Virus record (IMG/VR): IMGVR_UViG_3300028800_000057
From: a virus
Lineage: Duplodnaviria > Heunggongvirae > Uroviricota > Caudoviricetes
Strand: one strand, 5' to 3'
Length of the DNA: 64,000 bases
Shown here: positions 24,913-36,006 of the stretch, one piece after another
Numbering within the stretch: the stretch's first letter is position 1
How the letters are laid out: the number at the start of each line of letters is the position of its first letter
Notes under the pieces: model-generated
Told to the model about the DNA's origin: nothing
The model's input: the letters and a program-made list of their open reading frames with translations, nothing else
The model's database searches: none
Program-made: the position numbers and the translations under genes

Positions 24913-25686
24913 ATGACCTACTCTCGGGATGTTTTGGCTTCGGCGGTTTCCAAGAGCACATCGATCTTGGGTGTGGTCCATAACCTTGGATTGCAGTACA
25001 GGAGTGGCTCCGCTTGGGTAGCTGTTAAACGGGCCATACTTGAGCAAGGGCTGTCCACATCCCATTTCTGTGGAAGAGCCCATAATAAGGGTAAACCTAG
25101 CGATAAGAAGCTATCTCCTAGTCAGGTTCTGGTTGTTACTGATGGTAGGAACAGAACTAAACCAAAATTGCTTCGTCGCGCTATGACCGAAAGCGGGGTA
25201 CTCTACCAATGCTCATCTTGTGGGGTTGGCCCTGAATGGAATGGCAAGAAGTTGGTGTTAGAGGTGGATCACAAGAATGGCTTGTGGTGTGATTGCAGGT
25301 TAGGTAACCTTAGGTTTTTATGCCCTAACTGCCACTCTCAGGAGCCCACGTCTGTACGTAAGAAGACTCTGGTGCACGCTAAGTGCTCTGGTTGCGGGGT
25401 TGATATCGTATCTAGGGTTGATTCGAATGGGGTTCAAATGATTTCATTTTGTAGTCCGTCCTGCGGGTCAAAGTTCAGCCCCAGGGCAATCCAAGAGAAA
25501 GGTTCTTGGCCAACTAATTCAATCCTAAGTACTATGGTCTGGTCTATGCCAGTAGATAGATTGGCTAAAGAGATCGGAGTTTCTGGGTCTGCTGTCAAAA
25601 AGAGGTGTAGGCGTTTGGGGATCAACACCCCACCACGAGGGTACTGGTCGAAAAAGGTTGACCCTAGTGTATCTTCTGGGGTATGA
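24913..25686 (+). CDS. HNH homing endonuclease
   Basis: CSSCGVGPEWNGKKLVLEVDHKNG...NLRFLCPNCH motif and a C-terminal HTH-like tail. Paralog of 4406..5125 (minus strand). Confidence 0.65.
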   Translation: MTYSRDVLASAVSKSTSILGVVHNLGLQYRSGSAWVAVKRAILEQGLSTSHFCGRAHNKGKPSDKKLSPSQVLVVTDGRNRTKPKLLRRAMTESGVLYQCSSCGVGPEWNGKKLVLEVDHKNGLWCDCRLGNLRFLCPNCHSQEPTSVRKKTLVHAKCSGCGVDIVSRVDSNGVQMISFCSPSCGSKFSPRAIQEKGSWPTNSILSTMVWSMPVDRLAKEIGVSGSAVKKRCRRLGINTPPRGYWSKKVDPSVSSGV

Positions 25687-25747
25687 TTATCCTAATCGAT
25701 GGTTGTGATTACCATTAACTGGGATGTGTAGCAATCATCGTCTTTAT

Positions 25748-26094
25748 GGGAATGATCGGTTTCGACGTTGGGTGAAAGGATCTCTTGCGTGTAAGCGGCT
25801 CTCGAACCGCTCATCAATCGAGAAACGTTAATTGCGAACGACAATGCAATCGCCGCTGCGGCCTAAGAAACCGCGCGACCAGTTCCTAGAGAGATAGTCT
25901 TGGTATCGAAGGAGCTGCCAATCACAAGGCTGGCTTACCTCACGGGCTCCCGGTGAGGTGGCGAGATAAACAGGGTGATAGGTCGTAGGCCGAATCCACG
26001 AACTCAGTCGAGGGGGATACTTCGACTACGCACGTGAATGAGAGAGATACCAGACAACTGACGGACCGGGGTTCGATTCCCCGCATTTCCACCA
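25748..26094 (+). ncRNA. ssrA: tmRNA (ssrA), tag peptide ANDNAIAAAA
   Basis: 5' GGGAATGATCGGTTTCGACG and 3' ACGGACCGGGGTTCGATTCCCCGCATTTCC-A-CCA. The acceptor halves are complementary. Internal reading frame GCG AAC GAC AAT GCA ATC GCC GCT GCG GCC TAA at 25834-25866. Confidence 0.8.
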
Positions 26095-26096
26095 AC

Positions 26097-26127
26097 GAAG
26101 CCTCCTAACGGGGGCTTCGGTGTTTAA
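26097..26127 (+). terminator. rho-independent terminator after tmRNA
   Basis: GAAGCC-TCCTAACGGG-GGCTTC followed by GTGTTT. Confidence 0.5.
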
Positions 26128-26191
26128 TGGTTCTGTGAAAACACATTGGAGAAACATCATGAAAAGGCGAAGGCGAAGGTAAAGGTGCACC

Positions 26192-26755
26192 ATGGAAACT
26201 CGAACACTGCTTCTGAATTCTTGGGCAATGCCCCACGCGATCCTTACGTGGGATGATGCCATCTGCCTGGTTTACCAGGAGAAGGTAACCGTTCTGGAAG
26301 AGTATGACGAGATAGTTAGCTCACCCTCAATCTCATACTTTATCCCGGCGGTCATCCAGCTCCGACAGCCAGTTGCTGCAATGAAGAAGGGTGTTAAGTT
26401 TTCCAGGATTAACGTCTTCACTCGTGATGGCTTCAAGTGCCAGTACTGCGGTGAGCGCAAGACCATGCGCGAATTGAACTACGATCACGTCATCCCTCGC
26501 AAGCAAGGTGGAAAGACCAACTGGGAAAACATCGTGACTTGCTGCTATCCGTGCAACGAGCTCAAGACAAGTCGTACTCCAGAGCAGGCTGGGATGAGGT
26601 TGCTTCGAAAGCCCACCAAGCCGCACGCACTCCCACTTCATGCGGTCTATCTTGATTCAGGGAAGGTGCCTCTCGTTTGGGAGCCCTACTTGGATTGGTC
26701 TCGTGCTCAACAGCATGGGAACGGGTACTACTTAGTAGCACCTTCAGCTGCATAG
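26192..26755 (+). CDS. HNH endonuclease (McrA-like)
   Basis: CQYCGERKTMRELNYDHVIPRKQGGKTNWENIVTCCYPCN motif. Confidence 0.65.
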   Translation: METRTLLLNSWAMPHAILTWDDAICLVYQEKVTVLEEYDEIVSSPSISYFIPAVIQLRQPVAAMKKGVKFSRINVFTRDGFKCQYCGERKTMRELNYDHVIPRKQGGKTNWENIVTCCYPCNELKTSRTPEQAGMRLLRKPTKPHALPLHAVYLDSGKVPLVWEPYLDWSRAQQHGNGYYLVAPSAA

Positions 26756-26914
26756 TTGCTCTTTGCCTCAAAAGTATGAGACCCTCCTAACCGGAGGCTT
26801 TAGCGAGTGGTCGTAACCCTCGCTTTTGGTCGAAGGAATGAGACCTGATTCCAGCGTAATAGAACTTATTCAAAAGTCAACCCTTTTGAGGCAAAGCCGC
26901 ATAGTTGGAGTAGA

Positions 26915-26953
26915 GGAGGTCCCCTGGGGTTGGGGGCCTCCTTTCCTTTTTTG
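26915..26953 (+). terminator. strong rho-independent terminator
   Basis: GGAGGTCCCC-TGGGGTT-GGGGGCCTCC followed by TTTCCTTTTTTG. Confidence 0.6.
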
Positions 26954-26955
26954 AG

Positions 26956-27192
26956 GTGGCTTTAGTAAAGGCCACCTTGCTTACTAGACGTGCAACCATT
27001 GAAGTTGTGAGCCGAGAGCTGACTTGTTGTCAGTGCGGGGAGCATCTCATTCATGGTCGTAGGGTAGCTATGCTTCAATTCTCCGACCACGAGATAGAGC
27101 CATGCTGTATTCGGTGCTTGGTTCAAATTATTTTGGACTCAACCGAGATAATTTTGGTACTCCCCGACCCACTATCGGTGTATAAGGGGTGA
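26956..27192 (+). CDS. small zinc-ribbon-like hypothetical protein
   Basis: 78-aa ORF with CCQCG...CCIRC. Confidence 0.3.
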   Translation: MALVKATLLTRRATIEVVSRELTCCQCGEHLIHGRRVAMLQFSDHEIEPCCIRCLVQIILDSTEIILVLPDPLSVYKG

Positions 27193-27393
27193 CCGAGACC
27201 GCGCTAACGCTTGTCACCCCTTGGAAGTAACCCTTCAAGGTTACAGGCACCCTGCTTGGGTCTCTTTTTCAAAGACGTAGCCGCGCTTTAGTAGCTTGGG
27301 CAAAGTCTCGGACTTAACGGAAACTGTTTGGATTTGGGAGAGTGTCCAATCTCCGCATCCCAACGTCACTCACGTTCAGCGAGAGTATGTATC

Positions 27394-28854
27394 ATGCTAT
27401 TAAATCCGCAATTTACGTTTGAAAAAGTTCGTTTTGACCAGTCCACCGACCTGCACTTGGTGGTATCCGTCACTGCACCCAAGAGCGATTGGCAAACCCA
27501 TCGCCCTCCGTTGTGCATCATCCCAGCTGTTGATCGATCGGGTTCAATGCGCGGGGAGAAGATGGCCTACACGAAGAGGTCATTGCTCAAGCTGATTGAA
27601 CACCTAACGGCGGACGATACCTTTGGTTTGGTGAGCTTCGCTACCGACTCTACGGTTGACTTTCCTGCTGAGAAGATGACCCCGGATGCCAAGGCGCGAG
27701 CCAAGAAGGTTGTCGACGGGTACCGAGACTACGGCAACACCTTCCTCTCCGGAGGCCTCATGAAGGCACTAGAGATGGTGAGTGGACTAGACCTTGGTGA
27801 TACTACGATCACCCGTATCATCCTATTCACTGACGGGCAGCCAAACATTGGTGTGACCCAATTGGATGGGTTGGCTGGTTTAGTTGAAACTAGTCGTGGT
27901 CGCGCGAGTGTTTCAGCTTTTGGGTATGGCTCTGATGCTAACCAAGAGTTGTTGAACGCCATGGCTACAAAAGGTGCTGGCAACTATGCCTTCATCCAGG
28001 ACCCTGACTCGGCTCTTGCGGCTTTCGGCAAGGAACTTGGTGGTCTACTAAGCACCTATGCTCAGGACCTGATCATCGAGCTGACCCCGCACGAAGGTAA
28101 CCAAGTACTTGATATCGTTTCAGACTTTGACGTTGAGGAGATCATCACCGGTGAAGCTCGGATCAAGATCCCCCACATCCTGTCCGAGGAGACGATTGAC
28201 ATTGTCATCAAGGCCAAACTTGCTGCTCAGAAGCATCCAGGTCCACGTCAAGTCAATGCTGTTAGCGCCAAATTGTCTTGTCAGGTACTCGGGGCTGATG
28301 GAAAGATGCAAATTGAAACGGCTGAGGGTAACGCCAAGGTTCAGTTCGTCAAAGTTGGTGAGGAGCAGACTACTCCGACCAAGGAAGTCGATGAGTTGGT
28401 AGCACGGGCTCAGCTTCTTCAGGTGCAGAATCAAGCTGAGGCGGCCGCTCAACGTGGTGACTATGCCACTGCTGGACTCTGCTTCGATAGTATGAGTGCC
28501 AACTTCTCAGCACGTGGCCTAGGTGGAGTAGCTGCAGCTTCACATAGTCTTCGTTCAAAGTATACAGATCAGCACGTCTATGCCAAGAGCGCTGGTAGTC
28601 GTATGGGTTTGAATCGAGGGTTGAATAGGGCTCGGGCCGCTTCAGCCATGGGAGATAAGGATCTTGAGCTGCTCTGTAGCCTTGGGATTAGCGACACTAC
28701 AAGTGCTCAGGATGGTATGATGAGGAGCTTTCAAGAGCCCACCGTCGAGCCTGCAGTCATCAATAACCCGCTTGGTGCAATCGGTATCGAACCCCCAAAG
28801 GAAGAGCCAGTAGTTCGGTCCCCATTGACCAAACGACGTACTACTCAATGGTAA
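27394..28854 (+). CDS. von Willebrand factor A (vWA) domain protein
   Basis: MIDAS motif DRSGSM...T...TDGQPN. An ATG with the upstream RBS-like GAGAG is chosen. The ORF track starts at 27328. Confidence 0.6.
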   Translation: MLLNPQFTFEKVRFDQSTDLHLVVSVTAPKSDWQTHRPPLCIIPAVDRSGSMRGEKMAYTKRSLLKLIEHLTADDTFGLVSFATDSTVDFPAEKMTPDAKARAKKVVDGYRDYGNTFLSGGLMKALEMVSGLDLGDTTITRIILFTDGQPNIGVTQLDGLAGLVETSRGRASVSAFGYGSDANQELLNAMATKGAGNYAFIQDPDSALAAFGKELGGLLSTYAQDLIIELTPHEGNQVLDIVSDFDVEEIITGEARIKIPHILSEETIDIVIKAKLAAQKHPGPRQVNAVSAKLSCQVLGADGKMQIETAEGNAKVQFVKVGEEQTTPTKEVDELVARAQLLQVQNQAEAAAQRGDYATAGLCFDSMSANFSARGLGGVAAASHSLRSKYTDQHVYAKSAGSRMGLNRGLNRARAASAMGDKDLELLCSLGISDTTSAQDGMMRSFQEPTVEPAVINNPLGAIGIEPPKEEPVVRSPLTKRRTTQW

Positions 28855-28904
28855 GCACTTTGGGTGATTGACAGAAAGGGCTCGGTAACTCCGGGCCCTT
28901 TTCA

Positions 28905-29489
28905 TTGGTGTACTTCGTACCCATGATTAATGACGAAGTATACATATCAACCGACATTGAGTCGGATGGACCAATCCCGGGCCCTAATTCAATGCTCAGT
29001 CTTGGATCTGCTGCTTACTTACCAGATGGTAAGCGAGTTGGTACCTTCTCAGTCAACTTGGAGACTCTTCCGGGCGCGCAAGGCGACCCAGATACTATGA
29101 AGTAGTGGTCCGAGAGACCAAAGCAATGGGAGGAGTGTCGTAAGAACCAACAGCCACCTAAAGAGGCTCTCATCTCTTTAGGTGGCTGTTGGGTTGGTAA
29201 GATGCCAGGACGTCCTGTGTTCGTCGGGTATCCAGCTACATACGACTTTGCATTTGTTCATTGGTACTTGATCAAGTTCATCGGGTCTAGTGTGTTTAGC
29301 TTCTCGGCGCTTGACATGAAGTCATTTGCTATGGCGATCCTAGGGGCTAACTTCAGAGGTACCACTAAGAAAAATATGCCTAAAGAGTGGCTCACCGGTC
29401 TACCTAAGCACACGCATGTAGCGGTTGATGACGCCATTGAGCAAGGGGTTTTGTTCATTCGTATGCTTAAAGCTTCTAGGGTAAGCTAA
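28905..29489 (+). pseudogene. DEDDh (DnaQ-like) 3'-5' exonuclease interrupted by one in-frame TAG (29103-29105)
   Basis: Exo I ([10 protein letters not shown]) lies in ORF 28905..29105. Exo II (YDFAFV) and Exo III (HVAVDDA) lie in ORF 29202..29489. Both ORFs are in the same frame and the intervening 32 codons are open apart from the single TAG. Confidence 0.5.
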
Positions 29490-30052
29490 TGACTTGCGAG
29501 TGCTACAAGATACATGTTATTCAGAAAAACCCTCTAGGAGGAGTTTACGCTATACACAACACGATTAACCACCATTGCTATATTGGGAGTACCACTGATT
29601 TTAGAAAGAGATTCGACCTCCACCGTCATCTCTTGAGGGGTGGTAAGCACCACTCACCTCACCTTCAGGCAGCTTGGAATAAATATGGTGAGGATTCATT
29701 CGTATTCTTTAGGCTTGCATTCATAGATGACAAGCAACAGAGATTGTTAATAGAGCAGACCCTACTGGATACTCTGTCCCCGAAATACAACGTGTCCCGC
29801 TCGGCAGTGTCTAGTGAGGGCTGTACTCGAAGCCCTGAAACGAGAGCTAAGTTACGTAAAGCAATGCAGGATCCTAGTAGGTTGAAGTTTATTCGTGAGT
29901 TAGGGCTTAAGCCTAAATCGGAAGAACAACGATCTTTGATGGCAGAAGCTCAACGTGGGAGACATCACTCGGATGAGGCTCGTGCAAAGATGAGAGCCTC
30001 CAGTGCTATTCGTTGGGCTAGGGTTGAATCTAAGGGTAAACCTGCAAGGTAA
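29489..30052 (+). CDS. GIY-YIG homing endonuclease with NUMOD3-like C-terminal repeats
   Basis: GVYAIHN...YIGSTTDFRKRF...H...N GIY-YIG core and C-terminal S/RPE.RAK repeats. Confidence 0.7.
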   Translation: MTCECYKIHVIQKNPLGGVYAIHNTINHHCYIGSTTDFRKRFDLHRHLLRGGKHHSPHLQAAWNKYGEDSFVFFRLAFIDDKQQRLLIEQTLLDTLSPKYNVSRSAVSSEGCTRSPETRAKLRKAMQDPSRLKFIRELGLKPKSEEQRSLMAEAQRGRHHSDEARAKMRASSAIRWARVESKGKPAR

Positions 30053-30120
30053 AGCCTGTACTCCCATAAAACAGCGGTCACAAAAGAGAATCTGAACCGC
30101 TAACCGGTGTAATTACTGAG

Positions 30121-31524
30121 ATGTCCTTCAAGTATCAGGCTCAAAAAGTCGGTGACGCCCATTACGTCCTTCCGCGTTGCGGAACGATGAAAGTGGAGGC
30201 GCATGCTTTTATATCAGAACCTCTCTTCGAGGCTTCTGAGGAGCAGCTTTGGAGGCAACTTGCCAGTGGAGCATCCTATGATGGAGTGACTGGTGCTTAT
30301 TTGATGCCTGATTGCCACCCTGGGTTTGGCATTCCGACTGGGTGTGTCCTAATCACGGACAAAACTCTCATCCAAGCTGGGTCAGGGTACGACATCTCTT
30401 GTGGGGTTCTGTACTTGAAAGTCAATCTCTCTGCTAATTCGGTCAGGAGCTGGGATAAGCGGGAGCGGTGGGTTCAGGAGGTCGAGAAGCGGATCTCTAC
30501 GGGGAAGAACTCTTTTGTCCCTAATATGCGTCCATCCTTCAATAGCCGTCAGGTGCAGGACATTCTTCGATACGGTGCCAAGGCTATTGGGGTGCCACGG
30601 GAGCTCTGCGAGCGGCATTACATACCGATTCCGGATGACACTAAGCTTACAAAGATTGATCGTGCCTACTCAAGGGTGCTTCCCCATATAGCTTCTGTTG
30701 GCGGGGGTAACCACTTTGTGGAGATGCAGGTCGACAGGGATACTGGAGAAGTATTCGTCATGATCCATTGCGGATCCCGCGGGTATGGGTGGCATACGGC
30801 AAACCATTACTTTTACGAAGGGGCTAAGCTACGGAACCTCCACCCAGATGCTCGAGAGGATTCCTGGCTTTACATTGACGAACCTCTTGGGCGAGAGTAC
30901 TGGGCATACCATAATTCGGCCGCTAACTTCGCTATCGCCAATAGGCATCTGATTGTACGTGGGATTCAAGAGTCAATTCAGGAGGTCTTCAACACAGACT
31001 CTGAAGTTTACTACGAGATCTCTCACAACTTGGTCCAAGAGGAAACCCTGGTACTTCCGGATGGTACTACGAAGAAGGGGTTCGTTCACCGGAAGGGTGC
31101 AACCCGAGCATTCCCAGCTGGTCACCCGGAACTGATCGGGACCCGCTGGGAGAAGACCGGCCACCCATGTCTAATACCGGGATCAATGATGGATGGAGCT
31201 GCTATCCTGTTTGCTGAACCAGGGGCCTACCAAACTGCTTGCTCAGTGAATCATGGATCTGGTAGAAAGATGGCTCGTGGTGAAGCCAAGAGGAAGTTGG
31301 AGCCCGAGCAGCTCCGGATTGACGATGAGATGAGGACCGTCAAGCGCGAGTTTGCTGGAGTGTCCATTGAGGGTATTGTTGGAAACCACCAGCACACGCC
31401 ATTGGATGAATGCGAGCACGTGTACAAGGACCTCGATGAGGTCTTGGATGTTCTTGAGGCAAACAAGATCGCGAAGGTTGCCCATCGATTGTATCCTGTA
31501 GCTAATATTAAGGGAAGCGACTGA
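30121..31524 (+). CDS. rtcB: RtcB RNA ligase (3'-phosphate/5'-OH)
   Basis: Conserved RtcB blocks, including HCGSRGYGWHTANHY and NHGSGR, with Cys/His metal ligands. 467 aa. Confidence 0.85.
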   Translation: MSFKYQAQKVGDAHYVLPRCGTMKVEAHAFISEPLFEASEEQLWRQLASGASYDGVTGAYLMPDCHPGFGIPTGCVLITDKTLIQAGSGYDISCGVLYLKVNLSANSVRSWDKRERWVQEVEKRISTGKNSFVPNMRPSFNSRQVQDILRYGAKAIGVPRELCERHYIPIPDDTKLTKIDRAYSRVLPHIASVGGGNHFVEMQVDRDTGEVFVMIHCGSRGYGWHTANHYFYEGAKLRNLHPDAREDSWLYIDEPLGREYWAYHNSAANFAIANRHLIVRGIQESIQEVFNTDSEVYYEISHNLVQEETLVLPDGTTKKGFVHRKGATRAFPAGHPELIGTRWEKTGHPCLIPGSMMDGAAILFAEPGAYQTACSVNHGSGRKMARGEAKRKLEPEQLRIDDEMRTVKREFAGVSIEGIVGNHQHTPLDECEHVYKDLDEVLDVLEANKIAKVAHRLYPVANIKGSD

Positions 31525-31525
31525 A

Positions 31526-32062
31526 ATGGACGAGAAGACCTTAGTCAAGAAGAGCAGGCACCTGAGTAAGGTTCTCCGTCATGAACCGGATTCAGTAGGT
31601 ATTACGCTCACTGAAGCCGGTTGGGCTCCAATATCGTCTATTCTTTCGGCCTTGAACCTCAAGCGAGAAGAACTCAACCAAGTCGTAGCAGAGAACAACA
31701 AGAATCGATTCGAGTTCTCCGAGAACGGGATGTTCATCCGAGCTCGTCAAGGGCACTCAGTAGAAGTGGATCTGGGGTACCCAGAGGCTACCCCACCGGA
31801 TACTCTCTACCATGGTACTTCACGTCAAACAGTATCGGTGGTTCTTCGAGATGGCATCAAGAAGATGCTTCGACACCATGTGCACATGTCACCGGATCTC
31901 GAGACAGCTAAGGTTGTGGCCTCGCGCCGGTCCGACCCAAAAATCCTTAAGGTTGATTCTAAGTCCATGTCAGCTGCAGGGATCAAGTTCTACCTAACAG
32001 GTAATGGTGTATGGTTGACTGATTATGTCGACCCAAAGTACGTCAGCGAGTACCACTCCTGA
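31526..32062 (+). CDS. kptA: Tpt1/KptA RNA 2'-phosphotransferase
   Basis: LSKVLRHEP...GWAPI...RARQGHS...HGTS pattern typical of KptA. 178 aa. Confidence 0.75.
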   Translation: MDEKTLVKKSRHLSKVLRHEPDSVGITLTEAGWAPISSILSALNLKREELNQVVAENNKNRFEFSENGMFIRARQGHSVEVDLGYPEATPPDTLYHGTSRQTVSVVLRDGIKKMLRHHVHMSPDLETAKVVASRRSDPKILKVDSKSMSAAGIKFYLTGNGVWLTDYVDPKYVSEYHS

Positions 32063-32624
32063 GATTTATGGTAAGAACTCGAAGCCACAAGGGGTGACCC
32101 CTTCTGTTGTACTGATCAATCCTAAGTTTCCGCATAATGTTGGAGCCGCCTTACGGGCGGCTTCTTGTTATGGAGCCAAGCAAGTTTGGTTCACAGGGGA
32201 TCGAGTGGAGCTTGGTCTCAAAGGGTCGAAGCGTCTTCCTCGTGAAGAGCGTATGAAGGGGTACAGGGACGTCGAGCTTCGACATTATGACCGGGTATTT
32301 GATCAGTTCGAGGATGTAGTACCGGTAGCGGTAGAGCTACGACCGAACTCCGAGAGCCTTCCTCAGTTTGATCACCCGAAGAACGCCATCTACTTATTTG
32401 GTCCTGAGGATGGCTCTATCCCGCAGATGTACCTGCAGCATTGCCATAGATTCGTGGTCATACCCACACGACATTGCGTGAATCTAGCGGCTGCTGTCTA
32501 CACTGTCCTCTATGATCGTCAATGCAAATTGTGTCCTGATATCACTATCCAAGACAGCCTAGCTGAACAACGATTCGACTTTCCGGAGAACGTTGAGTTA
32601 GCTACCTACCTCGGATTGGGTTGA
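32025..32624 (+). CDS. SpoU/TrmH-family RNA 2'-O-ribose methyltransferase
   Basis: SpoU motifs HNVGAALRAA, LFGPEDGSIP and IPTRHCVNLAAAVYTVLY. Confidence 0.6.
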   Translation: MSTQSTSASTTPEIYGKNSKPQGVTPSVVLINPKFPHNVGAALRAASCYGAKQVWFTGDRVELGLKGSKRLPREERMKGYRDVELRHYDRVFDQFEDVVPVAVELRPNSESLPQFDHPKNAIYLFGPEDGSIPQMYLQHCHRFVVIPTRHCVNLAAAVYTVLYDRQCKLCPDITIQDSLAEQRFDFPENVELATYLGLG

Positions 32625-33016
32625 CTATGAGCCTCGACATTGAAGTTTACACTTGGGATGAAGAGCGAATCAAAGATGAGGTAACGCTCCGTCTCGACCC
32701 TGAATGGGTCTTCAAGATTGGGTCTTCAGAAGACCAAACCTCTTGGGTAGCTTCAATTCTAAATCCGGATGGAGTAGAGGTTTGGGACGGCTCAGCGTTG
32801 ACAGCACAGCTCGTACTTCTTGATGCTCTAGGTTGGTTAGAGAGTCGACAGCACAAGGTAGCAGATACAAGCCCATGGGTTCGTCGGCGCGGGGATCTCA
32901 ACCCTCAACGAGTTCATGAGATTGCGTACTCGAAGTCGTTTGGGCCTCCAGACCCTCCACATCTGGACCTAAATGAGATTGATTCGGTTGTTAGGTCCGT
33001 TAGGAAAGGTAAATGA
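32621..33016 (+). CDS. hypothetical protein
   Basis: 131-aa ORF overlapping the upstream stop. Confidence 0.4.
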   Translation: MTMSLDIEVYTWDEERIKDEVTLRLDPEWVFKIGSSEDQTSWVASILNPDGVEVWDGSALTAQLVLLDALGWLESRQHKVADTSPWVRRRGDLNPQRVHEIAYSKSFGPPDPPHLDLNEIDSVVRSVRKGK

Positions 33017-35349
<2,333 letters not shown>

Positions 35350-35367
35350 TTATCCCTGGTCCTAGTT

Positions 35368-35754
35368 GTGGACCAGAGACTGTTCAAGATAGCGGGACGG
35401 CGCCCAGAGCGGCTCACTAGGGCTGACACTCCAGAAGTAGCCCGAGCGATGGCTGCCTACTATCGTCATCAGGCTCAAGTGACCAAAGGTGTACTCAACG
35501 AGGTCGCCTATGTTCGCTTGTACAACCCTGGTATCATCGATGTCGTCATTAGGTGGGACGATTGGGTCAAGATTCTTCCGTATGTCACGGATGGGTCGTT
35601 TGATACAACCATCATTCCGGAGCCAACCCTGTTCGTGGCTCATATTGCAGTCCTAGCTAGTGCCTCGACGATTGATCAGACTGATGAGTTGTACCAGAGA
35701 ATTCTCGACGTACTCAATCAACTGTTCACTGTAGCGTTCCCTCAATCCTCATAG
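35368..35754 (+). CDS. hypothetical protein
   Basis: 128-aa ORF. Confidence 0.35.
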   Translation: MDQRLFKIAGRRPERLTRADTPEVARAMAAYYRHQAQVTKGVLNEVAYVRLYNPGIIDVVIRWDDWVKILPYVTDGSFDTTIIPEPTLFVAHIAVLASASTIDQTDELYQRILDVLNQLFTVAFPQSS

Positions 35755-35762
35755 GTATTCAA

Positions 35763-35999
35763 ATGCCAGATAGATTCGATGCACAAGGCGTAAACCCAGG
35801 TCTTGCAAACCAAAAAGCACCTCAACCTGAGATCATCCACCTGAAGTGCCCAAACCAGAGGTGCAAGTCGGTTAGAGCTACTGAGTTGAACAAGCAGGTT
35901 ACGAATGAGGTCCAGGGGGCCCCTCACAATCGTATGTATCAATGCGTTGAGTGCATGCATATTTGGGGCGTACCAACTGGCGGCTATGTGGCTTTCTAG
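35763..35999 (+). CDS. small zinc-ribbon protein
   Basis: CPNQRC...CVEC pattern. 78 aa. Confidence 0.35.
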   Translation: MPDRFDAQGVNPGLANQKAPQPEIIHLKCPNQRCKSVRATELNKQVTNEVQGAPHNRMYQCVECMHIWGVPTGGYVAF

Positions 36000-36006
36000 G
36001 TAGATC

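Noticed and set aside
26026-26262. 78-aa minus-strand ORF
   Set aside because: It overlaps the tmRNA 3' domain and its terminator.
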